From Octopus vulgaris (Eukaryota): DNA of 64,000 nucleotides. Below are positions 49,754 to 63,355 of the stretch, piece by piece (the first letter of the stretch is position 1; each line of letters begins with the position of its first letter). The notes beneath the pieces were generated by a model, which was not told the DNA's origin, did not search any database, and worked only from the letters and a program-made list of their open reading frames with translations. The DNA lies in the NCBI GenBank assembly GCA_951406725.2, contig OX597821.1, forward strand, positions 99,262,001 through 99,326,000. The letters are read 5' to 3'. The position numbers were made by a program, and so were the translations under genes.

Positions 49754-51133
49754 GATGGGCTTCTTTCAGTTTCTGTCTACCAAATCCACTCACAAGGCTT
49801 TGGTCGGCCCGAGGCTATAGTAGAAGACACTTGCCCAAGGTGCCAGGCAGTGGGACTGAACCTGGAACCATGTGATTGGTAAGCAAGCTGTAATGTTAGT
49901 GTGCATACATGACCAAGTATAAGCGCCCTGAGAGAAAAGTTGGATTTAAGAAGCATCAGATGTGGTGTGCTAGAGAGACGACTGCACTGGTATAGTCATG
50001 TGTTGCAAATGAGTGAGGATAGCTGTGTGAAAAAGTGTCGCACCCGAGCAATTGAGGGAACCTGTGGAAGAGGTAGACCCAGGAAAACCTGGGATGAGGT
50101 GGTGAAGCATGACCTTTGAGCATTGGGCCTTACAGAGGCAATGACTAGTGAACGAGACCTTTGCAGATATGCTGTGGTTGAGACAAGCCAAGTGAGACCA
50201 TAGTCCATGGCCTATGCCAGTGGGTGTAACCAGCCCATTTATGTATATCCCTCATTCATTGGACAATAAACTTTGCTTGTGAAGACCTATTGAGACAAGT
50301 GAAATCAAAATTGCTGACGTGGCTGATGACAGTTCCGCCTGATTGGCACTCGTGCCAGTGGAATGTTAAAAGCACATCTGAACGTGGGGTGTAACCGGCC
50401 CACTTATGAGTACCCCTCATTCATTGGACAATGAACTTTGCTTGCAAAGACCTATTGAGGTAAGTGTAAACAAATCAAAATCGCTGACGTGACCGATGAC
50501 AGTACCAGGATGGACTACTCGACCTAAAGAAAATTCTAGCTGTGCCTCACCTGCAAGGTCATGCTCTGTTTATCTTGATATGAGATCACCATGTCGTGCA
50601 CTTATGGTACACCAGGGATGTGCTGGTGTACTCTTATCAGATGGGTATACTGGGCTTCGTATGTTTTATTGCAGTGTCACTTTGATGGCATGCACTGCTC
50701 TCTCACTCACTAATAATAATAATAATAATAATGTAATATAAATAAAATGTCAGATGTTTTGGTGCATGACTTTTGGCCATGTGTGTGTGAGTGTACATTT
50801 GTGTTTCCTTGTCGTAACATCAAGTGATTGTTGTAAATGAGCATCACTGTCATACAAGCTGGGTCGTTCATTCCCAGTATTCTGTGAGATGTCTAGCAAT
50901 AGGGAAATATTACCTTGCATGAAAACAGGTGAGGATTAGTAAAAGGAAGTGCATCTGGCTGTAAAAAATCTGCTTCAGTAAACAGTGTTTGAGCCATGCA
51001 AGCATGGAAAAGTGGAATTTAAAATGATGGTGATGATGATGATTATGATGAATTGGATTTTGCTGTGCATCTTTTCACTGTCTTTTAATTCCCTAGCATC
51101 ATGGGTTTGTATTCCTACAACCAACTATTATAA

Positions 51134-51456
51134 TTATGGAGATGTACTTGCATAGCAAGTGACCTGATCTGATACAAAAACAATTGCAGCATGGAAGGTG
51201 TTTATAAGCCATTTAAGAAACACACAAAATCTGTTAGATTCACTTCAACGTTTAAATTTCATTTGTCCAAATATTTTTGTCGCTTTGAGACCGCGACCTG
51301 TTCACTGATAAAATTCCATGCTGCACGGAATTTAGTCAGTGAACAGGTCACAGTCTCAAAGTGACGAAAATATTTTGAGAAATTAAATTTAAATGTTGAA
51401 GTGAATCTAACAGTTTTTGTGTGTTTTTAAATGGCTTATAAACACCTTCCACGCTG
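51134..51456. mobile_element. fold-back element with 12-bp TSD and G3-C8 hammerhead-like motif
   Basis: Palindrome ~51184-51459 centred ~51321; direct repeat caactattataa at 51122-51133 and 51457-51468; motif at 51332-51382. Confidence 0.75.
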
Positions 51457-51570
51457 CAACTATTATAAAATGTTTATAAATTCTATATGTTAACAAAATA
51501 TTGAAAAATACATTTATTCACTAATTCATAAACAATTTATCTATATAATTTTTCTTTCTTTCTTTCATAG

Positions 51571-51600
51571 GGAGTGTTTTAAAAAACTTTTTCAATATGG
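51571..51600 (+). CDS. RCHY1: RCHY1 exon 6, 30-nt microexon (E-ECFKKLFQY-G)
   Basis: tttcatag acceptor, GG|gtatgt donor, phase 2 to 2; supplies the sixth RING ligand (H-x2-H-x2-C). Confidence 0.88.
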
Positions 51601-53358
51601 GTATGTATTTGTTTTATTTATATTTTGCTTTACTTTTCTATTTTGTAGTTGTGTTGAAACAATTTCGCAGCTTTCTGCTTAACTAATACTTGGTCAAGTA
51701 ACATGTTTGCTATTTCTATGTATTGTTTTTATTATAGTCCTCTTGGCCCTAACAGGAGTTTTAGACTTATAGCCTGTATGTGTGGAGGTCTTGAATACTT
51801 ATGACCTAGTTTTCATAACTAAATCTATGAAAGATTAAGACAAGAAATATTGAGCTTGGAAGTAAAACGTGGATGTAACAGGCCTCAAATTAAAGCTAGC
51901 AAAATATTAATTAGTAAAAAGGAAGACAGAACTCTGCCATCTGAGAAGTTGGCTGTGCTCAGCATGCATCAAAAGCTGGGCACTCCATTAGCTACAACAA
52001 TGAGTGTTCCAATTGATGCGATCAGTGGAACACTCTGCATCTGGTTGAGCACACCACTATCAACTTAAGGCCTATGCCTGGATGCTCTTCTTGATGTTGG
52101 ACAATGTGTATTCAGGGCTACATTATCCAATGTGTCCTTGCATTTTTTAAAATGATAAAGGTTGGTTTGAGGGGAATTTGGCTGTTACTTCTTGCAGAGA
52201 GGATGGCCAATTCTGAAGTTCAGAGTAAAGGCTATCACAGTAATGGTAAACAAAGTGAGTAAATCACTGCCAGATTGATTGCTTAACAGCAACAATTTCC
52301 TGAATGTAGTCTATAATGTTTATGCTTCAATGTGATGTCAGGATAGAATGATTGAGTGAATATGCTATTACACTGCTGGTTCAAATCTACGCAAGGTAGA
52401 GTTCATGCTGAAGTGAAGTAGTAAATGACCAGGTAATTGCCCAAGTAGCTGTCCACTAGGGTCATGGATGTCACTTCTATATTGCTTCAGCCCTTGCTGA
52501 AGATGTAATGGCAAACTGGTGTATGATTGTCAGAGGTGTCCAGGTTGGTGCCATCTCCATAGCACCAGGTAGGACGTTTAGGCAAAGTGAGTATGGGTGA
52601 ACTTAACATGTTGCAGTCCAGGCTAACTCAGTGTCCACTGAGTTCAAATAGTCAAGGAGTTGGAGTCAGGGGTAAGAGAATCAGAGGCTAATGGTAGAGA
52701 GACAGAATGACAGGTGAGAGAGTGTGATGGAGAAGAGAGAAAGAGATAGGAGTGTGTGATGGGTGTCAATGAGTGGTAGGAGTTATGACAGTGATAAGAG
52801 AGGGAGTTGGTTTCAGTGGAGAAAGTAATGAAGAGAAAAAAGGGCAATAGACAGTAAGCAAAGATACTTCATGGCAGGGAGAGTTAACATGATCATATTG
52901 GGTAAAGGGACCCAAATGAATATTAAACATCCTGAACTATCCCCATTTTTAATTCCTTTTTTTCTGTGTTTGCATGGATCGGGTGGGTACCCTTCAGCTT
53001 AGCATTTTTGGCCACTTTTATCAGCCTTTGTCATTTTTGTCATGAAGTTCAGTGTTTACTTCTTGCTATGTCTTTATATATATATGGTTAGGGCAGCAGA
53101 CTCGCGGTCGGAGGATCGCGGTTTCGATTCCCAGACTGGGTGTTGTGAGTGTTTATTGAGCGAAAACACCTAAAGCTCCACGAGGCTCCTTCAGGGGTGG
53201 TGGCGATCCCTGCTGTACTCTTTCGCCACAACTTTCTCTCACTCTTCTGTTGGCCTGCTCGCTTAGCCAGTGGGGTGGCGTCATTTGAAGGCTAAAACAA
53301 TGCAAAGAGCATTGTGAACAGCGATGTGTAGCAACATCTGATAGCCTGGTCGGTCACG

Positions 53359-53480
<122 letters not shown>

Positions 53481-53721
53481 TGTCACTCTTAAACTAGTGA
53501 TGTTGTTTGTTTCCAGTCTTCTGTGAAAGGTATGTCTGGTTATGGGAAAATATTACCCTACTTGGAAACCAGTGTGGGTTGACAACAGGCAGTGTATCCG
53601 ACCATAGAAAACCTGCCTCAGTAAACTCTGTCTGGCTCATGCAAGCATGGAAAAGTGGACATTAAAACAATAATGATGCTCAAACGTTTTGTGAAACTTC
53701 TTTTTCTTTTTTTTTTTCCAG

Positions 53722-53866
53722 CCATTTTGCATGTCCTATCTGTGGTACATCAATGACGAACATGACTCCAATCTGGAAATTGAAAGATGAAGAAGTCAAA
53801 CAAACTGAAATGCCTCAGGATTATAAAGAGATCAAAACAAATATTCTTTGCCGTGATTGTCATAAG
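53722..53866 (+). CDS. RCHY1: RCHY1 exon 7 (G-HFACPICGTSMTNMTPIWKLKDEEVKQTEMPQDYKEIKTNILCRDCHK)
   Basis: T tract and ccag acceptor, AAG|gtaata donor, 145 nt; RING end CPIC and the MP..Y...ILC.DC motif. Confidence 0.95.
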
Positions 53867-56509
53867 GTAATACTGCAGTCACTTGTTTGTTATCTTTTAT
53901 CTTTTGAGTGTTTCAGTCATTAGATTGTGGCCATGCTGGGGCACCTCCTTGAAAAATTCCAGTCTTGGTTTGGACAGTTTGACAGAAACTGATAAACCAT
54001 AGGTCTACATCAAGTTCCAATGTCTGCTTTTGTTTGTTTACCACATTTGGATGCCTTTCCTAACACCAATGATTTCACAAAGTGTACTGGGTGCTTTGTA
54101 CATGGCACCAGCAGCTAAGGAGATCGTCAAGTACATAAATAGAATCATAAACATGCCACTGCTCAACCAATCTCTGCTAACTTCTGCCATGTCACTTTGC
54201 ACCTTCTATCAGTAAACCTAATCAATTATCTGGTTTGCCATGACCACCTGGCCTTTAAGTGCCTTTAGCAGAGTCTACACAATTGCAACATACAAGCTAG
54301 ATCCCCAGTCCAAGTTTAACTATGTTCCCTCGGTCTCAGAGCTCCTGCGAAATAAGGTCATATATGTGCCGGTGGCATGTAAAAAGTACCCACTACACTC
54401 ACGGAGTGGTTGGCGTTAGGAAGAGCATCCAGCTGTAGAAACACTGCCAGATCAGACTGGAGCCTGGTGCAGCCTCCTGGCTTCCCAGACCCCGATCGAA
54501 CCGTCCAACCCGTGCTAGCACGGAAAAACGGACGTTAAACGATGATGATGATGTGACCCTCCTTCATTTGATTTAGCCATTAAGATAAAATTTTCTGACA
54601 TTAATGGAACATAATCATTATTTAATTGTCTTCTTCTTTATGCTGATGCTGTTGTCATAGTTATCTACCACCTGCTGGCCAACTGTATTACTAAAAGCAC
54701 TTCAGTGAGTTATTGCAAATAGTACTGGCAAAGCTTTCTGGAAATTTCTCATGTAACCCTTATGATCAAATACACTTTTTATGGACTGCACTCAGTGAAC
54801 TGGCCGCTTGATCAGAAACATCCTCATCAGCCATAAGTGCTTACTTGTCTCTTACAGATAGAGACAGACAGACAGACAGAGCCTAACAACTCGAGTTCAG
54901 AAGGGATCCCTTATGCAGTGTAGACATGTGGCTTAGTGGTTAGGGTATTCAGCTCATAACTGTAAGGTTGTGAGTTCGATTCCTATTGGTGCACTGTGTT
55001 CTTGAGCAAGACACTTTATTTCACGTTGCTTCAGTCTCCTCAGCTGGCAAAAATGAGATGTACCCGTAATTCAAAGGGCCAGCCTTGTTGCATTCTGTGT
55101 CGTACTGAATCTCCCTGAGAACTACGTTAAGGGTGCACGTGTCTGTGGAGTGCTCAGCCACTTGCACGTTAATTTCACGCACAGGCTGTTCGGTTGATTG
55201 TATTGACTGGAACACTTGTCATAACCAACAGAGAGAGCCAGGCATGAAGGTAGCAGCTGAGTCACCCTCAAATTAAACTCTACAGTTTTTAAAGGAAAGG
55301 ATGGACATATAGAGACAATATAGTTCATGAAAGGTAGCGAGCTGGCAGAAACGTCAGCACGCTGGGCGAAATGCTTAGCGATATTTTGTCTGCCGTTACG
55401 TTCTGAGTTCAAATTCCACCAAGGTCAACTTTGCCTTTCGTCCTTTTGGGGTCGATTAAATAAGTACCAGTTACGCATTGGGATCGATGTAATTGACTTA
55501 ATCCCTTTGTCTGTCCCCTCTATGTTTCGCCCTCTGTAAGCAATAAAGAAATAAATATAGTTTGTGGTATTCAAAATGACAAGATGGCTATGGGTTGGAA
55601 TACTTTTGATTATAAACATTCGTGATCAGGCTTTGCCAGTGGCTAAGCAACTCTTATACTCCAAATATCTTTATTTCTCTGGTTTTCTCTTTTGCATTTA
55701 TCTATATGTTTCATTTCTGTATTTGGTTTGCAAGATTCTTGATGTAAACTCGTGTGTTTGCAACAGATACTGTTGTATCTTGTGTTTATAATTGGCAAAT
55801 AAGCCTCTTGAAATACAACTTAATAATCTTGTATGTATTTTGATATTATGTACTGAAAAGTTCCTGGCTTTTGGTAATAGAAAATACAGGAGGATCAACT
55901 CTCTTTCTCTCTCTCTCTCTTTCTCTCTCTCCATGTGCTTTCTCTACAGCAAAACTTCTGTTTCTGTCTGTCTGTTACACTCTAACTTTTCATCATCTGG
56001 CACAAGATCACTTCCTCCAATGCCCTCTCTTCTCTCAAAGATTCCTTGTCTTGCAAGTTACTTGGTGCCATGTGAAAAGCATCCTGTCCACACCACTGTA
56101 AAGTTGTTGGCATTTGGAAGGGCATCCAGCTGTGAAAACCATGCCAAAGCTGACCTCACTTGTGCTGGTACCACGTAAAAAGCACTCAGTCCACTCCGTT
56201 GAGTGGTTGGTGTCAGGAAGGGCATCCAGCCATAAAATCCATGCCAAAACAGACACAGAAGTATGGTGCAATCTTCTACCTGGCCACCTCTCATCAAACT
56301 GTTCAACCCATGCCAGCATGGAAGGAGGATATTCCCCTCTCAGATTCTCACATTTAAGGCAATGGCCCTTCAGTTTTCCTAAGCCCTGTAAAAGAACTCT
56401 GAAGGTTTAGCTTCCAACCAGGCCTTTTGCAATATCCTTAAAGCCAGGAACTTTTCAGCACCCCGTCATATATAGGCACATTTTGATAATTTATTTTTCT
56501 TTGTTTCAG

Positions 56510-56581
56510 CAAAATGTTGTTGACCTTCACTTTTTAGGACTGAAGTGTCCTGACTGTGGTTCTTACAACACCTGCCAGTAG
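56510..56581 (+). CDS. RCHY1: RCHY1 exon 8 (QNVVDLHFLGLKCPDCGSYNTCQ*)
   Basis: tttcag acceptor; C-terminal zinc ribbon H.LG.KC..CGSYNT; spliced CDS totals 723 nt (240 aa plus stop). Confidence 0.95.
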   Translation, partial: QNVVDLHFLGLKCPDCGSYNTCQ

Positions 56582-57671
56582 TCCTGCTTCTACATGGAAA
56601 TATCTGATGCCATATTTTGGTTGTGATGACCAGTGATTATAAAGATTATATATCTGCATATTTTTTTCTGTTTTCACAATCAAGCCAACATAAAAATTCA
56701 TTTTAATTTCAAATAATAGCTCTCCATCTTTTAAATCTCATTTTTCTTTTACTTCCTTAGATCTTTATAGTGAAACTGTATATCTTCAACATCAATTGTT
56801 GTTGAATTAGATTTATCTCAAAATTATCAGACCATTTTGCTAAATAATAAAGTTTTTTTTTTCTTTTGCTTACTGTAGGGATTAGATGGTTATGCTAATT
56901 TGGACTTGCAATTTTTCGGCATAGTGTCTGCCATTCTTGACATCAAATATTCAGTTTGAAAAAGAGAAAAGAACAACTCTGTCACATGATTGTAATTTAT
57001 TTTACCAATGGGTACAATAATGTGCTAAGTTAAATTTAGCTGAAAGAAACTAATTCATCAGCTTAACCAAAGAATGATAATGGCTAAACAGTAGTATAAC
57101 TCTATAATTTTTCACATGAATAGACTGCTTTAGGTTTTTTTTTTAGTTCTTTATGCCATTCCTCTTTTATTTTACCAATACACATTTATTTTAAGACTTT
57201 TTATTATTTACTTTTAAAGATAAGCTTGACATTTTACACATAGATTAAACATGGAAGAAGTTTTTTAAAGATGTATGTTTTAGTGAAATGTAAAATAAAT
57301 TTTCCTCGCATAACTTGAGGGATTAATTATCACCTTGTCTTATTGTTTTTTTTTTCTTTTAACTCTTTAGCATTTTGGCCATACCTGGCCCAAATGTTCT
57401 ACCTATTATGTTCAAACTGGCCAGATCTGACCTCTCACACCAGCCCTACATTCTTAAATAAACAGTTACATTATGGAAATCTCAAAACTACAAGACAGTG
57501 CCTGATTAATTCAAAACAAAATGAATAAATAAGCATTACGTTCGACAAAATAATGTGAATATCAAACAGTTGAGTGAAAAGTTTTTGTGTCAGATAAAGA
57601 AAAACATCTCCCGGGAAATTTTAAAAATTACTTTTCTATTCTTTGTTTTATTTCATTGTTTTAAGATTTTG

Positions 57672-57677
57672 AATAAA
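57672..57677 (+). terminator. candidate RCHY1 polyadenylation signal
   Basis: AATAAA followed by a U-rich tract. Other AATAAA hexamers occur earlier in the UTR, so the site is uncertain. Confidence 0.35.
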
Positions 57678-60600
57678 ATCTTTATTTTTCTTTTCATTTT
57701 TTTGAATACATGTCATGCCATTATATAAACTGTCTTGTTATTTTCTGTATGAGTCACATATATTTCTCTTAAATACATATCATCATGTAACAGCTGTTTT
57801 CCATGCTGGCATGGGTTGGATGGTTTGACAGTAGCTGACCAGCTGAAAGGCTGTTCAGGCTCCATGTCTGTTTTGGCATGGTTTCTACAGCTGAATGCCC
57901 TTCCTAATGCCAACCACTTTACAGAGAGTACTGGGTGCTTTTGTGCAGCACCAGCATGGGTGCTTTTTACAAGGCAACAGCACCTACAAGCCCACAAGAT
58001 TAGGGATGTCCAGCTGAAGAGGGTTGCAGGGGATGAGCCTGTATGCAAGGGCAACCATGCTTTTACTTAGCCTGACATGTCTTTTCAAACACAGCAAACC
58101 TCCAGGAGTTTTGGTTCCCTGTCATCCCCACTGTGAGTCCCAATGTCTGTAGATCCTTTCTCACCTTTTCGTCCCACTTCTTCCTGTGCCTACCTCTTCC
58201 ACATGTTTCTTCTACAATTAGGGATGGTACCTCATGATGCAATTGTCTTCATTCATACGCATCACATGGCCATACCAGTGCAGTTATCTGTCTTGCACAC
58301 TTCGTCAAAACAAACTCCATACCCTTTGTTGAATAACATATCCCCTCTACATACAAGATGGTAAAAGCACCTGTCCTGAAGAGTACCCCCCAGTATACCT
58401 GTATGAGATATTCTACCTCCTGAGACTCTTTCTCAGGTTTCATGCCTTTGTCCTAATTTAAAAGATATAAGCTGTAATCCAGATACTGAGGGAATATTCC
58501 AACTGACTCAACAATAAGCATCATGGAAAGGAATCTGTGCTGTCATCTTCCATTCCTCAGTATGTCAGGTGGAAGCTCCCAGCTTTATGGTCAAAACCAT
58601 AAGGTTGGGACTGGAGAATGTCACAAGATGTCCTGGACGAGTGACTTCCTCCTACCACATTCAAATAGGTCGGAACGAGACAGTCATGCACAGCTGTTAT
58701 GATGCTGATGATTTGGCATGGTTGACTGGGTATTCAGCCTGATTTTGGCGACAGTATTTTTTGGCACTAGGAGGACACACACACACACACACATGCAAGT
58801 GCATACAGAAATATATACTTAGAGGTAAAGGTGGAGAGCTGGCAAAAACGTTAGCATGCCAGGCAAAATGCTTAGCAGTATTTCGTCTGCTGTTACGTTC
58901 TGAGTTCAAATTACGCCGAGGTCGACTTTGCCGTTCATCCTTTCAGGGTCAATAAACTAAGTACCAGTTATACACTGGGGTCGATGTAATCAACTTAATC
59001 CCTTTGTCTGTCCTTGTTTGTCCCCTCTATGTTTAGCCCCTTGTGGGCAATAAAGTAATAAGAAACATACACTTAGAGGTAAAGTGAGTGAGATAGAGAC
59101 ATCACAATTTATTAACTGAACATGATTGGCATGAGCACTTTCCCTCTCCTCATACACATAAAGAGAAATAGATTCACAGAGAGAGAGAGTGGGGAGGAAG
59201 GGAGAGAACAAAAGAAGCAGTAGAAAGTCTGATGTCAAGTCAATGTCAAATCAAGCAGTGATAAAATGTGTTATTCCCTAGATAGGTAAAGGGTTGTCTC
59301 CAGTTGCACTGGGAAACTTGTGGCTTCAAGGTACTTTTTAATGACATCGTTCAACACAATGTGGTGAAGGAGACATTCCACACTGGAACAAAAGTAGATG
59401 CATTCTGAACTCAACAGTTCAGACTCTGGCCTGTTAACTAGCACATCGATTAGTGCTTTTCCAGTAGCACGGCAGTGCCAAAGCTGTCATTAGTAGCCCT
59501 GAGCTTGCTGTTGCTGCTTGTTTGTTTGTTGAGCAAAGCGGTCCTTTGCTATTCATAAGATCCGCAGAAGAGAAAGCAGGTCAACCCCCAACACCGAGAG
59601 CATCGACGGATGGATGAATGCGCATCCAGGCTCAGCGGTTGCGTAGGAAGTCAGGGACAAGAAACAGGAAGAAAGTTGGAGCGAAATAATACAACAGGGG
59701 TCGCCACCACCTCCTGCCAGAGCCTTGGGGAGCTTTAGGTGTTTTCGCTCAATAAACACACACAACGACCAGTATGGGAATCAAAACCGTGATCCTCTGA
59801 CTGCAAGTCCGCTGCCCTAACCATTGGGCCATTGCGCCTCCACTTGCTGTTGCTGCTGCTCTCCTTCCTGTCCAGTAACTCACACACTAAGAGCAACTTT
59901 GATGCATGTGCATTCATTATCAAGAAAGGTGTTAGGAACTGCACTTTGGCTACCAGGTAATCTACAGGTAGATAAGACAGTGTTGTTGGTCGAGGGGTGA
60001 GTGGTCCTTGTGCTGGTGGAATTATATTTGATGATGTCCCAGTTCTGTTGATTGGCTGCTTTCACAAAGACAATGAAGTCATCATTAACCCATAAAGCCT
60101 GTGCTGTCTCATAGTTGCAGTCTATATTAGGCTTGGATATGTTATGAAGAACCTTGTGAACAAATGAATGGCTGATGGCAATGTCATGATGGATGTTGTA
60201 TGGAAGCCAAGACTATTGAACCTTGACTGTTGACTATTGAAGCCAAGACTATTGAAAAGGCGGCGAGCTGGCAGAAACGTTAGCACGCCGGGCGAAATGC
60301 TTTGCAGTATTTCGTCTGCCGTTATGTTCTGAGTTCAAATTTCGCCGAGGTCAACTTTACCTGTCATCATTTCGGGGTCGATAAATTAAGTACCAGTTAC
60401 ACTCTGGGGTCGATGTAATCAACTTAACCCCTTTGTCTGTCCTTGTTTGTCCCCTCTATGTTTAGCCCCTTGTGGGCAATAAAGAAATAAAAAATAAGAC
60501 TATTGAACCTTATGTGATGTTTCCCTTGCTGCCAGTCAATGTCTTTGAAAACGACATTTGCAGGTGAATTCTTCAGACTTGACAGGAGAGAGTACTATAC

Positions 60601-61503
60601 ATTGTGCACCAAAAAGAGGATTTTCAGAAGAGTGAAGCAGTTCTTCAAAACAAAAAATGGCTTGATGATAATCAATTGGGCAGAAACTGCTGGTTGTCCT
60701 TGCTAGATTTTCTCATTGGACTTGCAACCCTTATTTGTTGGCTTTTGAGAAAGTTATCCTTTGATGTCAGTCACTCCTATGTTAGGACAGACTGAATGTT
60801 GCATAGGCCGTCATTAAATTGAAATAAATTATTTATTTTCCTGTTACCTGGGCCTTTCATGGAAATTAGAAATACTGATGTGTTATTCTCACTACTGTTC
60901 TCGTAATCATTTTGACCAATTCTCCTTTTTAGAATTAAAAATTATTGAATAGGCGTAGGAGTGGCTGTGTGGTAAGTAGCTTACTTATGAACCACATGGT
61001 TCTGGGTTCAGTCCCACTGCGTAGCACCTTAGGCAAGTGTCTTCTACTATAGCCTTGGGCCGACCAAAGCCTTGTGAGTGGATTTGATAGATGGAAACTG
61101 AAAGAAGCCCATCGTATATATCTGTGTGTGTGTGTGTGTATGTTTGTGTGTCTGTGTTTGTCCCCCCCAACATCGCTTGACAACCGATACTGGTGTGTTT
61201 ACATCCCCGAAACTTAGCGGTTCAGCAAAAGAGATCGATAGAATAAGTACTGGGCTTACAAAGAATAAGTCCTGGGGTCGATTTGCTCGACTAAAGGCGG
61301 TGCTCCAGCATGGCCACAGTCAAATGACTGAAACAAGTAAAAGAGCACTATTGGTGTTTGTTTCCTCTTAAATCTCTGAGCTGGCAAATGCTTGTTATGA
61401 GTATCCTATCAATTGTGTAAGTATGTTTGTAATTATCTGTATGAAGTGATATCAAATTGTACTTTTCTATTTTGAAATAAATATTTGAAATATTTACACC
61501 AGA

Positions 61504-61890
61504 AGAATTTTAGAAACTTCAAGAAACATGAAATAAATCGTTTTAATAGTTGAACTCAAAGCTATAATAGCATGTGGAATATTGATTTAAAAACCTTTTG
61601 GATGGAAGCAGAGCAATGGCTGCCTGTGGGATTTGAATCCACATTTTCTGAGGACATGTGAGACTTGCTACTATTATACCAAAACAATGTTTCAAATTTT
61701 CTTTGTCCACTTTTAGAAGCTTTGTTCTTACCAGCAAAAATTGTATGTTGTTTACATCATAAGAATTTTAGAAATTTTGGGAAATATGAAATAAATAATT
61801 TTTAATAGTGGAATTCAAAGTAGATAAAGCTATAACAATAGCATGTAGAATATTGGGTGAAAAGAAAAACACTTTGATGGAAACAAAAGT
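61504..61890. repeat. diverged local tandem duplication (~257-bp period)
   Basis: agaattttagaaa...tgaaataaat...tttaatagt.gaa.tcaaag...aatagcatgt.gaatattg...gatggaa at ~61504 and ~61762. Confidence 0.65.
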
Positions 61891-63298
61891 ATTTGTCATG
61901 CAATCTCTGAAGATTTATTGGTATTTTCTGTTTATAAGGTTTTTCCCTATATAACATTCTCTCTTCTACTTGTTTCAGTTATTTGACTGTGGCCATGCTG
62001 GAGCACCGCCTTTTGTTGAGCAAATCGACCCCAGGACGTATTCTTTGTAAGCCTAGTACTTATTCTATCGGTCTCTTTTGCTGAACCGTTAAGTTACGGC
62101 AACGTAAACACACCTATTTCTTTACTACCTACAAGGGGCTAAACACAGACGGGACAAACAAGGACAGACAAACAGATTAAGTCAATTATATCAACCCCAG
62201 TGTGTAACTGGTACTTATTTAATCGATCCTGAAAGGATGAAAGGCAAAGTCAACCTAGCGGCAGGTGAAATACTGCTAAGCATTTTGCCCGACATGCTAA
62301 TGTTCTGCCAGCTTGCCACTTTACATAACACACACCACCATTGGTTGTCAAGCGATGGTGGGTGGACAAACACAGACACACAAACATACATATATATATA
62401 TACAGATATACAACGGGCTTCCTTCTGTTTCTCTCTACCAAATCCACTCACAAGGCTTTGGTCAGCCCGAGGCTATAGTAGAAGACACTTGCCCAAGGTA
62501 CCATGCAGTGGGACTGAACCCAGAACCATGTGGTTGGTAAGCAAGCTACTTACCACACAGCCACTCCTGCGCCTATATTTCATTGTTAATGAAATGTATG
62601 TAAGATGTATTGAATAAACTAAAATTTGTCTCCATTTGGTATTATTTGCTCTTATTTATCTTCTAGACAATATGACCATTATTCAAGATTTGCTACGTTT
62701 GTGATTAAAACCTTATTGATAATTCTGCTTTATAGTCTTATCTCAGATTTATCTGTTTTGCAGCTGTAAAAATTTTGCTTGATATCAAAAGCATAAGCAG
62801 AAATAGCTAGGACTGTTGTACTCAGCTCAATCACCTCTCTCAGTAATATACATGAGAAAGGTAAGGCAAGGTGGCTGAACCATTAGCACTCCAGGCAAAA
62901 TGTTTAGCAGCATTTTGTGTCTTTATGTTCTGGGTTCAAAACCCACTGAGGTTGACTTTGCCTTGCTTCTTTTCAGGGTCGATAAAATAAGTAGCAGTTG
63001 AGCACAGGGGTTGATGAAATTGACCCGCCCCCACTTCCCCTGAAATTACTGGCCATGTGCCAAAATTTGAAACCAACATACTTAAGAAAGGTATGTATGT
63101 TGTGTCAAACATTTTCTTACATTCTAAACATGTTTGATTTTGAACATATGTGGTGGTATATAACCTACCTACCAACCACATGGTTCCAGGTTCAGTCCCA
63201 CAGCATGGCACCTTGGGCAAGTGTCTTCTACTATAGCCTCGGGGAGACTGAAGCCTTGTGAGTGGATTTGGTAGACGGAAACTGAAAGAAGCCTGTCG

Positions 63299-63355
<57 letters not shown>

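Noticed and set aside
62764-62860. Well-formed acceptor and donor pair (ttttgcag ... AAG|gtaagg)
   Set aside because: Stops occur in all three frames and the donor overlaps a SINE start; no supporting gene context.
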